A stretch of 64,000 nucleotides of DNA. Origin: Lingula anatina (lineage: Eukaryota; Animalia; Brachiopoda). Position numbers and translations under genes: made by a program. Every line of letters starts with the position of its first letter. Within the stretch, counting starts at the first letter, position 1. This document shows, piece after piece, positions 23,541 through 37,200 of the stretch. Where the stretch lies: positions 10,354,001 to 10,418,000 of the forward strand of contig CM120643.1 of the NCBI GenBank assembly GCA_051362555.1, written 5' to 3'. Below the pieces are notes generated by a model. The model was given only the letters and a program-made list of their open reading frames with translations. It made no database searches and was not told the DNA's origin.

Positions 23541-26500
23541 GAAAGCTGTTTTTTTCTTCTGGTTCTAGGCAATTTCTTTTGGAGCTTTGACAGATGAAAG
23601 AAGAGGAGACTTCAGAAACTTATCTCAGGGGTTCAGGTAATGTCGGAGGTGTCACAGAGCATATTGTCCTACTTACCTTGTCATGATCGCATGCAACATT
23701 GATGCAATCTTCAAAGATGTTTGTGGCTATAGATTTACGCTTTCTTTGTTTTCTGAGGTATAAGCTTCTATTTTGAAAAACAATGACGTCTGATCGCTCA
23801 AATTTTCATGGATAAATAGAGACTTGACTTTCAAGATTGCTTTGTTTTCTGAGGCATTTGATTCAGTTTTGAAAGCAAAGATGGCTATTTGATCATGCAT
23901 TGTATCTTATGATAGTCATCTTCTTATCATGACATTTATCATGCTGAAAATGTTGAAAGAGCAGAAATAATTGTGAAAGAACAGAAAAAGGAATCCTATA
24001 TCATCAGCTGGGAGTCTTGGTGAAAAGGGGGTGGCAAAGAATATCAGCTTGACTGATGAAAATTTAGTTTCAATCCCACTATTTAGTAAATAGACAGTTT
24101 TGTGGATTGTTTAGAAATTGGAAGTTACTATTGGTCACAACATAATCACTATAAACATTTTTTTAACTATGTAACTTATTAACAAAAATACATTTTTGTT
24201 GAAGATATGAAATGTCTTTCTCCTTTCTTTCACTTAATTGTTTTAACAAAATACTTTAAATTGTTAAAAATAGAAGATTTTAAAACCAACCAAACAAGCG
24301 AACAAAATTTAGGGACTTGACTTTCACATGTACAGTTTATATGTACAGTTTTGATACTGTTTTATTAAACATTTGTCATTTGAGGCACATGTGGAAGTTT
24401 GATCTAGATCCCATCTATCCTCACCAGAATCTGTTAATCTTGTTATACCATAACTCACAAATACATTGTTGTTTTTCAATAGGTTTATCCATTTTGCCCA
24501 TCTAATGGCCACACCCTTTGACTTGCAGTGAAATACATGACACTTGGTCTACTTGCATGTAAAGATGGACTTGTCATTATGACAACTATACAATACAGGA
24601 TATATACATGTAACTTGGATATATATACAATCATGATAGAGTCTGGGTTAATCTATGAAAAGCATATATAAATGTATTGAAATTTAGAGCTCAAGCTTTA
24701 AGAATTATAAACTTTTAAGTGGCTTTGGATAGGACATGCTATTGTGAAAAATGGAATATTGCTGAAATTTTAGGAAAAATTCCTTCTCCTCTTTTTTTCT
24801 ATATAAAGGTCAAGTTCACGTAAAATGCTTTGAATCATGCTTTGTAGGACAGGTCGCAAAGGCTCTCCAACTTCTGGCACCATTACGTATGATGTGCCAC
24901 TGCATTGTCAATGACAATCTAAGTCTCATATCAAAAGACAGGACCTCTGAATTGCTGTGCAGGGTTACTGGGAAGAAATGTCATTCTTGATTACAGATGA
25001 CATCTGCTTACTTACGATTGTGCTTACATGACCACCGCGACAGCTTGATTTCAAATAATTGCTCATTATATTTGACATGAATTAAACACAGAGGCAGATT
25101 GCAAGTTGTGTGGCATTTGCATGACTTGGTGTTTGACATTTTGGTAGACATTTCTCATCTTTTTATAGTTTTTTTATTTTTTATTTTTTTTTTACTTTTG
25201 TTGTGTAAGTTTGACTTTCAGTTTTTTTTTCTATTAACTTTCTCTCCTGAAAAACCTAATGCTGGGAAACCAAATGTGGAACTTAGTAATAAAAGAATTA
25301 ATCATATTTCACACATTTTCTTGTTTTGGATTAGAACTTGCCTTTTAATTCTAATTAACAATCAGCTAAATTTTGATCACGTTTGTTACTTTTCCATTTA
25401 TGGAGTGTCAACTTCAGCTAATTCAATTCTTCAAAGCAATTTTCCATATTTATTCAAGACACTGCGTCTGAACGAGTTTTACCCAAATTTGAGTCATCCT
25501 ATTATCTCATCCAATAGCTAAGCCCCTGATTTTGATTTTTTTTCAAGTAAATAAGATCAAATACTTTTAACATGTAACATGGTATTAGGATTTTATCCAT
25601 GATGATAATCAAACAATAGCACAGATGATGTCCATGTGAGATTTATCTTGTGGTTTTAGCACTGGGAAGGTTGTCTGGTAGAATTTTTGATGTCAGAGCA
25701 AGACAAACAAGAGTAAAACGACATTGGCCAAGAATGGGTACGATGGGGGGGGGGGGGGGGGCAAGGATAAAAAAATTTCCTCACTTAGCTTGAACTAAAT
25801 ATAAAACAATAGACGATGAGAATTTTACGACTTTAGATGGGATGGGAGGTTTGCTTGGTTTCATCCCATCACCCTTCCTTTTTTTTTAAGAGGTGGGGGG
25901 GGGGGGGGGGGATCTCAGAGGCTATGGAAGGAGCATGTACACTTCTGCTGTTCCCCAAACCTGGATCTACCACTGTGTTGTAAATCTATACACAAGAGAG
26001 AGGAATACAAAAGTTCATTTTATTTATATCAGTTGTCACTGATTAGAGTGTGATTTTGTAAAACAGTTGATAATTACACCTTGAATGTGTAATGATTATT
26101 AAAGGATTTATATATATACCAGAAAAAATATATTTAACAAAAGAGTACCCATTGAGTCTTGCAGTTCAAAGGCAAATTTAATTCAAATTTCAACGTTGTC
26201 TCAGTGAAATAGATTTTGAAAATGAATTGTGTTTTGTTTAACAAAAATACTGATAAAACACATAAGGCTGTAGAAAACCACAGACTGACTATCAAGTTGT
26301 AGAAATCCCATCTTATTTTTTTTTTTACTCTGGCCTGGCATTTGCCTCTCAGGAGCTCAAAGCAATAATACCCTTGCTCAGGTGGTACTCAAAAGCACTA
26401 GAGCCAACATGCGAGGAAGAAATATTTTATTTCATAAAATGGAAATTTCTTGGAAATCCTCCTATGCCTGAAATCAGGCATGTTCTGTGGTTTTCTAGAA

Positions 26501-26660
26501 AAATGAGATTAATTGTAAAGAAGAAAAAAGCCATATCGTTTTAAAGTTTGTACTTATATAAACATGCAGTACTGGTATTTACAGACTTAACAGGACAAAG
26601 TGTAAGATTTCAAACACATATTGATCAGTACATAGATCATTTCTTGTCAAACTTATCTAA

Positions 26661-26963
26661 GAGGTTATTCAGAATAAAAGATCCAAGTATCAACTGGTCC
26701 AAGACTCAAATATGGCGGACCCTTCATGAAAGGAAGACCGCTTAATCCTGTAATGGTCTTTCCGCCTCTCTCACGGCTCCCCACGCGTCGACGTTGCAGG
26801 GGCACAGTAATTAAATCTTGGCTCCATTTGACCAGATGTGTGGGCAAGCGTGTGAGAGGCGGAGAGACCTTTACAGGATTAAGTGGTCTTCTTTTCATAT
26901 AAGGTCTGCCATATTTGAGCCTTAGACCAGTTGATACTCGGATCTACTATTCTGAGTGGCCCC
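26661..26963. mobile_element. Fold-back MITE family A copy
   Basis: ~120-bp inverted arms (attcagaata..gatccaagtatcaactggtc..tcaaatatggcggacc / ggtctgccatatttgag..gaccagttgatactcggatc..tattctga); flanks TAA and CAA. Confidence 0.88.
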
Positions 26964-29107
26964 CAAGGACAAGTAATCCTTTCTGATAATCTTTTAGCAG
27001 ATAAATGCTGTGGTTAAATGTCATCAAAAATTATCTAATTAATTGATGACCTCCTGATGAACATACAATTGTCAGCCATCTTGACACATTTTTGAATTGT
27101 TTGCAACCTGGTAGTCAGCAAGATGGAATTCGAAATGCTCACGCTTGGGCACTGGTTAAGGGCTTTTTAATTTTCCCATTTTGTACAAAGTTATGGTGAG
27201 TTTCAGAAAAGGAGGATCAGTGGCTGGTTAGTAGGGGAAAATACAGTTTATCCCAGGACAATTAATTAAGTATGAGTTTTTTGATGGAAAATCTTACACT
27301 TTGCACCTTTAATTCATCTTTAACTCTTCCATCTTCATATCGATCAACAGAGGGATTATTTTTCTGCTGAAGTGATAAATCAGAAAGTCTTTAGAATCAA
27401 ATGAAATCTCATCTTTGTTTCTATTTTTCCTGACTTTTTTTTTGTTTTGTGCTTGTCTTTCGCGCAGAGAGTTTATTGACATATTAATTTGTAGACAACC
27501 AGTTTTGATCAACCTTTCACAACTTTTTACTTAACCTCTAATCCAGAATTTGCCGTTTTTGCTCCTTCTTCGCAAGCCCTTTTGACCCTCTTAGTGTTCA
27601 AATTTGGCTTCCGTTTTACAATATTCCTCTCTTTTACTGTCACCTGGGGAAATCAGCAAGAAACAATTGTTCTGGGTCGAAATAGACAAGCAGTCCGATC
27701 CTAATGTGTTTTAGTGAAATTTACAAGGGAAGTGAGAGGGGTAATTTGCAGTACTGGCAAGATTTGACTAATTTCATCACTACTGGGACCATGGTATGCT
27801 GGGAATATAGATTTGAGAATAATAGTTAACTGGGCTCGCAATGCCAAGCCCCAGCGGTGCATTAACGCTACTGGGAGCAGGTGTGAGGAAGAAATTGGTT
27901 CATTTTAACTGCAAATTTGGAGTTGACTCAGCATGGAGATTCCATTACTGAATCAATAAGGCGATCAAGTTGGAATACGGCCCAGATTGACACTTTTTGT
28001 CAGCAAGACCCTGGTGGCCAAACTATGGTCATTTCAGAAAAAAATGCAGATTTTTTATCTGATTTGCAGTTGTCTGAGTTACTTTTCTGTATGAGACAAC
28101 TCTTTAAAGACAGAATCATATTCTTGATCAAAAAAGTGGTGCAATGCATTTTTACAAATTTTTCATTAGCCTAGGTAAATAATTAGCTATCCATTACAAT
28201 ATTTGCATGTTTAGGACTAGCTAGTTTTACAATCACGGTGCACCTTTTTTTTTTTTTTTTTTTTTTTTGAACAAAATTAAAATACAAATACCATATATTT
28301 TAAAAGGGCCACATAATAATATTGTGGTGTGGTTAATTATGAAATATTTTTTGCAAGTATACCTGTCTACTCATTTGTTTTTTTTTTTTTTTTTGTTTTT
28401 TTGTTTTTTTTTTTATTTTTTTTTTTTATCCAGCAATACATGCAGAGGCCACAATTTTAGAGATTTTTGTTTCATTGTTAACAATTTTTGGTTTACTTTT
28501 TTAGGATTTCAAAGAGCAGTCAGACATCTGCCAGTTGTTTTGCTTACAAAAAGTCAATCTCTGGGCACATGGTTTAAGAAAATAAGATATGATGTCTCTT
28601 AAATATGTGCATTTTGAGCACTTTAAAAGAATTAAATTCATCAGGTTACAAGAAAATTTAACACTACCTTTACTATGACGTCATTTGCCATTGCCCTTAT
28701 GTGGATGTCTCCCATATTATATAATGATTATGAAATTACCATAGTCTCATGTGCTGGAATAGACATTTCAAATATTAATGGAGACTAGACTTTGCCATCA
28801 GTTGAGGAGCAATATATTTGTCTTACTGGAAATGTTTTAATATATATAAAACTTTTTTTTTCAATTAAATAATTATGAGAAAGTTTTGGGAGTCAGTTTG
28901 CAGAAGGCCTCTCATTTACCTAAACAAGCAACAATGCACAGTTACCACATGCATATACATCTAAATAAGTAAACTGAAAGTTCAGCACTAAATACACTGT
29001 TGAATAATTATATTGAAGGTGAGGAAAATGAAATGGCAATTTCTTCCTTAATGACAAAAAGTAATTTACATAAATCATGCCTTTAGCTGTAGCCAGCAGT
29101 TTCATAG

Positions 29108-29441
29108 TGGGTTGCTTTTTTGAAAGTTCGATCTTTTGGGAGCAGCCCTATATTCTGAGAGTCCCCCATTTCGAGGGTTTGCTTTTCCGAAAACTAAAGG
29201 AGCCTTGATCTGAAATTTGCCACAATTCTAAAAGGTCAACTTTTTTGATGGGTTAGGGATCTGCTATTTTGAAGGTACACTATTAAAAAAAACAGTTAAT
29301 TGATGCTTACTGCACTTAAATAAATTATATTACTTACGTAATTGGGGCACTGACCTCTGTGTCAAATAAGTTCATTTAATGTGACCTTCGGAATAATGAA
29401 TCTTCTGAATATCTGAACCCTTGGAGTATTGAAGCACACCC
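29108..29441. mobile_element. Degenerate relative of the 19115 repeat-ended MITE
   Basis: Decayed ..ttccgaa.. units at left and gaccttcggaataatgaatcttctgaatatctgaaccctt at right; no clear TSD. Confidence 0.4.
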
Positions 29442-31122
29442 AATCTTTTTATCCCCTTCACTAACCCAACTTAAGAAATGGTGTAGAATTTAGATCAAAT
29501 TTTGATTCAGTGTGAGTAGACCCTATTTTCAATCAAATCTGCATTTTTTTAAACCTTACTTACAGGGTTGAAGATTGTATTTGTTTGATACATATATTAT
29601 GATATGCAGTAGTAATTAACATAACATAATGAAGTTGACCAAACAACTGATGGTGACTTGTGATTTCTACTTTTTGTTAAATTTCATTTGGACCCAGTAT
29701 ACACCATGTAGCATATGCAAGTGAGATTAATGAGGCTTGAGTTTCAACAATGTACACAACATGTACTAGTACTTGTACTTTTGTTATTTTTATCTTTGAG
29801 TGATAAACACTTCTCAGAATATAGGAAACTTTCTGGGAACTCCTATCTCAACCTTATCGCCAATGCATGTGCACATGTGTTTCCAGGCTTTAAAAAAATC
29901 CTGGTGCCTCTGAACATGCATAATCATAGCCAGCATTATCAAATTATTTTTTTGAAAGTTATGATTTTTTTTGTTTATACTGGTCAATATATTTTTTGCC
30001 TACATTTTTTCACCCCACAATTGCCAAGCAGTATTTTCCTTTTTTTTTTTTTTTTTTTTGCATATTTGCTGAGTGGCTTCATATGTTAACGAGGCAAGTG
30101 CCTTTTTAAAATAAGGTTGTTTGTACTTCTCGTAAATCCCTTTGTGTGCTGAGCATTACAATTGTGAAGATGTTTACAATTTAGTGTAATTCACTTGCAT
30201 GATTTTGATGTTGTGCCTTCCCTTATGTTGACCACGTAGGTGCTAAAATTCATAGGGGGCTTCACGAACATGTAGTTGAGAATTGGTGAAGGCGAGTTAA
30301 CCCCCATAGTGCAATTAAATGTTAGGACCTTTCAGAGGTGCTGCTTGATATGAAAAGGGCTAATTTAATTTAAGATACACAATTGTTGGCCCTGATTAAT
30401 GCCTTGAAGTTTGGTAAATAAAAATCAGACATCACCCCTGTGATTGCTAGGTTACAAATATATCCATACTTTTATTTGAACTGAAAAAATAATAGATAAA
30501 CTGAAGTGGATACAATGTAATATGTTAACAAGTCAGTCTGCAGCTAATAAACATGGGTCTGATCAGGCCCTGAGAAGAGGATAACCCAGCAAAGAAAATA
30601 CAGTATCTCCCCACATTTTCTTCAGTTCACGTGTCTCTCGGTTTGTTTGCATGTTGTCTGATACAATATGATTGCAGGAAAGGGTAATCTTATTGTCTTT
30701 AACACCTGGGTTCTAATTATTTTCCATGGAATATTTTTTGGTTTCTGGTGAACGCAGCACATGGTTGTTCGTGTACTTGTGGATGTGGTTGCCTCTCACT
30801 TGACATAATAGTCGAGTATCGGGTGCACGTTTGACGGCAAATGTGGAATTTGATACTGAAAACAAATGTTTGCGGCTGTCATGAAAAGATGATGACATGC
30901 AATGATGTTTTTTTTTCTTTTCCTTTTTTTTTTTAAGTCTTGTCAGTTTTGTGAGTTTTCAGGTCATTGAAAACTTCCCATAAGTTTGTTTATATCTACT
31001 GTGTATAGACTTTGAACAATGTATCGTTTTCAATAATCTGGTTAACAATGAACAAAGTCTTATTTTGTTTGTCTGACCATGATTAAAAGATGTTAAAATT
31101 AAGTACTAAGATTTTGTAAATG

Positions 31123-31125
<3 letters not shown>

Positions 31126-31175
<50 letters not shown>
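31126..31175. repeat. (TC)n microsatellite
   Basis: Direct reading. Confidence 0.9.
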
Positions 31176-31177
<2 letters not shown>

Positions 31178-31927
31178 GAACATAAATGCATGATGTAATA
31201 ATGTGTTATTTTTGTCAAAGTGTTTACAATACAGGGCCCACCTTGTACATATACAGCATTTGATTTATATGTAGATTTTTGTTGATGACAGGTAATTACC
31301 TTTTTCAGACGCCTTTATTTTTCTGATATTTATCTTTTCCAAAATTTATCCATTTTAGACACTTTCAACAATATATGCTTTGACACAAAGCCAATGTAAT
31401 GAATTTTCAAAATGTTTGAATCAGAATTTTTAATTATTACTCAAAAGTTTTTTCTTAAAGGGGAGGGAGGGTTATTATCAACTCATATTGTTAGAATTAA
31501 TTGAGTTGCTACCATGATCCATGATGCAGTTAAGTGGACAGCATTACAGACTGAAAAAAAAAGAAGAAAAAATACTTGAAATTCTGTTGTTCATTCAGAA
31601 AACCCAGACTGAAAAATCTCTGAAGTTCTATTAACTTTTGGGGTTCCTACTTAGCTTAATGTGCTTGTACATTACCCCATTTTTGCAAGTTTGTGGAAAA
31701 CTGTGTGTTACTGACTGCAAGCCACAGAATTTGGGTCTTTATCTATAACCAAACAATTTAAGAATTAAAGAATAAACTTATCAACATTTATATAAATGTT
31801 TTTGATTTCAAACAGCTTTGTGTGGATGGCTCTTGCTGCAGAATTTTATAGGGAGGAGAAACAAATTTTTTTTCCATCTAAATTTTGCTTTTGGATTTTC
31901 TGGTGAGTTATATTTTTCACTCACTTA

Positions 31928-31931
31928 ATTA

Positions 31932-31991
<60 letters not shown>

Positions 31992-31992
31992 T
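31928..31992. repeat. (ATT)n microsatellite
   Basis: Direct reading. Confidence 0.9.
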
Positions 31993-32189
31993 TGGGGGGC
32001 TTTTTCAAAAGAATGTAAAGCTACCTGAACATATACCAAACATTACACCCCTTCCCAAAAAAAAATTAAGAAGAAGAGAAAAAAATAAGCTCTGTTGAAA
32101 GTTGCTTCTTCACTGTAATAACCCCGCATCTCTGAAAAACATTTAGAAGAGAATTACTCAAGTCCTTGGGGCTAGCAGCTAGAATTGCC

Positions 32190-32370
32190 TCTCTCAGATT
32201 TATGATTTATTCATCGGTCAATAATGAAAACGATCGCAGGTCTGAACAAGTCCTTTACTTCCCAGCTGTCAATCAATAATGTCAGGCCTCATCGGTGTGT
32301 ACTTACACTTCAAATATTCATTACATCTCATCCTGGCGATCAATAACTGGCCAATTGATTATCATCAGGT
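32190..32370. promoter_or_regulatory. Enhancer-like homeodomain motif cluster
   Basis: AGATTTATGATTTAT (Pbx-Hox-like, 32196-32210), CTGTCAATCA (reverse of Pbx-Meis/Prep TGATTGACAG, 32266-32275), and ATCAATAA twice. Confidence 0.4.
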
Positions 32371-34080
32371 ATAGTCATCATAGCGCCCTGCGTCTGAGAA
32401 CCATCCGCGTGGGGAGTGGAAACCCGCCACATGGCATTATTGAACCAGGCAGAATTTAACACTTCATATTGCACAGTGTCTTTTTTTTCTGATCTGTTTT
32501 GCTTTTGGGTTCTATGAGGACACGGCAGATGTGAGTTAAAAATATCTCTCTGTTGTAGTTGTTCTCCGCAGGGGGAGTTCGCATTTACCTGGATCTGGCT
32601 TAGCTTTGGTGGTCAGTGTGAGCTGCGATAAAAAGCGTGTTAAAAATAACTGGGATTGTGAGTGAAGTCCTCTGGGAATCTAAATATTGTAGCTTTGGGC
32701 AACTCCAGCAGTGGGAACACCCGAGGGACTGTAGGCATTTGATCGCCATAAAAAGACGTCATTTCAGACATCATCTGAGGAAGGAAATTTTACCAGAGAC
32801 ACGAAATACTTTAGCTGTTACTTAATCAACGGTTGCTGCAGCCTTGCATAATGGAGGGTAAGATTGGATGTGGTGATGTGTCATATTGCATGTTGTGGAA
32901 CATTAAGAAATGAATTGTTCTGTTCCAGGTGTGTTTTATACATCTACTGAGTATATATCAGTGCATGGTACCTGATATGTATAGGACATTAGGGCATTTA
33001 TACTTTTGCAACGTCAATGTTTTCGACTCAAACCATTTTTTACTGTTTATAAGTATATAATCATGAAGCTGGGTATTATCATCACCCTATTTGATTTTAA
33101 ATACATTTTCTCATTATGAGACAGGAGCTGGCATACATGCATTTCTGTACAATCTCTCTCTCTCTCTCACTTTCACCCACTCACTCACACACACACACTC
33201 ACTCACTCACAGCCAACAAAATTCAAATCCAATGGATCACTGAAGAAATATTTCACTCATACTGGATTTCCTGTATTTCAACCTCTCTTCCACCCCTCCC
33301 CCTCACCACCACCACACGCACACACCAACACTAAAGAAAGATGAGTATATGTTCCATGTTTGTGAATTTCTGCCTTTAGGAGTACGTATTTTATTGGAAA
33401 GAAAAGCACTTAATTGCAATCAAAGAATGTAAGAATGTGTTGGATATTTTATGAAATATTGTCAAAGTCTTTGGACATTCAGAGGAGAGAGAGAGTTCTC
33501 CTCCCTTTTCAGCATAAACTTTCTCTATCTCTGACATACATAGACGTCGATGCAAATTGCAATTTGGATTGTAAGTGAATTGTAGATCTGATGTACATGT
33601 AAATGTGTTCTGGGACCAGTAGGTAGATGCATTCAAGCTGATAAATGAGGCCTCAATAGAGAATCTTATTAATAGGACAGGCCCTGTCAGGCAAATTAAA
33701 CCATGTAAGCAGTATAGAAACTATTCCACATATGTTGATTGATCTTAGCGCTGTCATTGTTATTGTTATCAATAAAAATTCTGACCCTGCTTTGTTTGTT
33801 TGTAAAGTCATTAAAGACCTTTCATTTGTGTCAACTGATGCTGACTGAGTTTTTGTGTTGGAGAATTTAACAGGAAGTTGACTTTGTTTTTCTTTATTCT
33901 AAACTAAAAACTATGTATTGATGGGTAACTGTTATAACACTGAAAACTCAGGGTGGTATGTAGAAGACTGTACTATGTGCTGGCAGGGGTACATGTACCC
34001 CAAGTTTCACAGTAAATTTGGAATTGGTATATCTTTACAACCAGCAGTACCAGTATTGTGAAGGTGATCAGTAGAAATCA

Positions 34081-34204
34081 TATGCTGGGTACAAGGCAGA
34101 GTCACCATTGCAGTCTGAAACTCAGGGTGACAGAGCAATTATTTATGCTGGGTGGAAAGAAGAGAGTCACATGCAATACTCAGAAACTCAGGGTGAGAAC
34201 AATT
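34081..34204. repeat. Degenerate ~63-bp tandem repeat (2 copies, plus fragment at 33944)
   Basis: tatgctgggt..agagtcac..tgca..gaaactcagggtga..caatt twice. Confidence 0.65.
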
Positions 34205-37200
34205 AGCACCTGTTCTCTTCACCCATTGTAGTAGGTGAGATGGTCCCATTCACTGTGCCCCATGCTTGGCTGAGGAGTAGGGGAAAATGCCGCGGAGGAT
34301 AGGGGGCAGTTTACACAAAATGACTCTAACGCGAATGTTGGTCTAAACTTTAACATTAAACATTGGGTCTGCTTCTGTTCAAAATAATTTCTGATTCGTC
34401 CATGTAAGTAAAGCAAGTATTGATCTGAAACATAATCATCATATTTCTTGTTTATACAAAAGGTGCAGGAAATCATTTATTATACAACTTCTTAATTATT
34501 GTACTACTGTTTTATTTTGGGTTAAGGGGGATTTGGAATTCGTAACTGTAACCGACTACATTACTGAGATGTTTGCAATGGTGTGAAATTACAGCAAAAG
34601 TTCGAAGACAAAATTCATTAATCCAAAAGAAAAAGGAAAGCTGTGTTAGAACTCTTCAATTTAGACATATATGTATATCAGTTTTTTTCTGTAAATATAC
34701 TTTACCATCATGTCTTTATTTCAATAATTTTAATACATGTTTGTCACAATCTCAGTAATTCCAAATAAAGCTTTCTTTATTCAGGTGTAAAATCAGTATT
34801 TGTATTGCATGACACATGTCCACGATACTTGAAGTCAGTTTAAACAGCATAGATGACTGGGTTCACCATGCTCTCTTCCTGTTGCATCTGTTTATACATC
34901 CTAATTACCAAGATTAATTCTTAATACCAAATAAAATAGACTGTTCAACCCTGGTGTTTGTACAGGTTTAAGTAGCGGACAGATTTTAAAGGCAAATACT
35001 CGATTACACATGTATGTGTTTCAATCTGTCATACCATCCAATGTCATTCTTGGGAGCACATTCAAGTATTTGTAAATCAGTATTGTGGTGTTAAAATGAA
35101 TTTTTGTATGTACAGCTTGTAACGATTAATGCATAAGTATATGAACAACTTAAACCAGTTATGCAATTTCTGGATTTCTAGGAGTGATTAATCCTAGTGC
35201 TAGAATGGTTGAGAGCAGATTTCTTTGGTAATGGATTTGGAATCCATAAATATTCCAATCGCTTTATCCTAAAATTTCTTTATAGTTTTATCAGTAGTAC
35301 TCCCCATTGGTTTTGTTGAATTTTAGATAAGTCTAAAACCTGTGGATATCTACCCCCACCCCCCCACCCCTTCTCAGCATCTGACACAAACTCTTCTGCT
35401 GCTTCTGCTGCTGTTGATTCAGGCAATCTGTTTCTGTGGTGAACCACTTAATGTAAATATATAATTACCTGTTCATATACAGCAGTTACTATACAGGTAT
35501 TGAGAACTTAAACAAATTTTGCTGAAGTCAAAGATTTTCAATTCATGCACGAGTAATCAGATATGCATAAAAGGAGGCATTTGATGAAATAAAACTTTGC
35601 AGTTTTACACTATTGTTTTTTCCATAGTAGGTGTGTAGAAATAATCCATCTCAGTCAAGTGAATGAAAAAAGTGTAGTTGGTTGATATGTAACCTTAGGA
35701 GATTAAAGATTGCTTTAACAAATGTATTTAAGACACAAGCCAATCCCACTAAATTGGTAATATTTGGTAAGCTCTGTGCTATTAAGTTGGATAAGGCACT
35801 GTTCAAACAGAGGCAAGGGTCAAAGTTTACAGAAAGCATACAACTTACAATGCAATACAACCCTCTTTCTTATGCTGCAAACATGTTTAGAAGAAATCAG
35901 ATTCTGTTATTACATAAACCTCATATTAATGTAATTTAATGTGATTTAATTTGTACAAGGCCATTGTCAAACTTATTCAATTTGATGGTCTTTATTGACC
36001 TCTGATGTATATTGTTTTCCTTAGGCAAATACCATAGAACAGTTGACAAGATATCTTATGTTGAAATTTTCATTCTTTTAAAATAATTTGTCGGAAAATT
36101 TTTTAAATAAAAGCCTCATATGTATCAAATCTAGTGTCTGAATTTGGAGAAGAGCACAACTGTTTTCAGTGGTCTAGGTTCTAGATGTCAACTTTTTCTT
36201 CTTCCCCTGTTTTAAATGGCATCCATGGGATATGCTGCCTCTTGTCTGAAACCTTTTTCAAAATGTGAACAGCAGTTTTATTTACTGCCGCACCCTCCTA
36301 TAGATAAAAACGCTTTCGATTCCTTAGTTTGTGCAATTTCACCAAACTGCATTCTTCACTCACATTAGTGATTGGCTAGTTACAAACACGCTTTCTTGTA
36401 AACATGGGCAAATATCATCACCCATGGTGAGACAGTAAAGTGAAGATTGAATGTGTCCCTCTTCCTTGTCCCTGCCCCTGCTGTCGACCACCACCTGAAG
36501 ATGTGAAAACCAGCCTTGCACTGCTTGTATCAGCACTAATATTTTTAGCTGATTTATCTGAGTGAGTATAGGGGATTGAGTTTTAAAAATACTTAACCAG
36601 TCCCTTAAAAGTTACCCAGTAGAAGCAGGTGATATTTTCATTGATCTTAATATTGTTCCTACTCTGTGATAATTGAACACTTATTCACTTGATATTCTGT
36701 AGCAATTGTTTTTATTTCCACCTCTGTATTTACTGCTTCCAATATTTTGTTTAAGATATGAAAAACAGTTTTTTTAATTAATCAACCGATTTGGCCTTTT
36801 CATCTAAAAGATATGAAACGCTTGTCTCATTTTCTATATGCATGTTAAATCTTTTGTCGTATGGCTTAAGTCTAATTTACCACTGTGAGCTGATGCATGG
36901 TTAAATGTTCCTTATATTGTCAGTTAGTGGTCATCCTTAGTCAATTGTGGCAAGCAGTTTAAGAATCAGTGGCTTACAAAGCCACATATTGATTGCAATT
37001 CTTAATTTATCCCTGCCCAGTCAATACAGTTATCTTAGCCATAAGTGAACATACCATGTGCTCATTTGATTGCCAATCTTTATTATACACATAACCAGCA
37101 GCATCCAGCTGGATTTTTGAGGCTAATCTCCCCTTAGTTAGGTAATCTTCAGACATCTCTTGGTGTTAATCTCTGGAACTCTTCTATCTCTTGCTCAGGC

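Noticed and set aside
25099-25521. 140-aa ORF
   Set aside because: TTG start, T-rich low-complexity translation, no domain or splice support.
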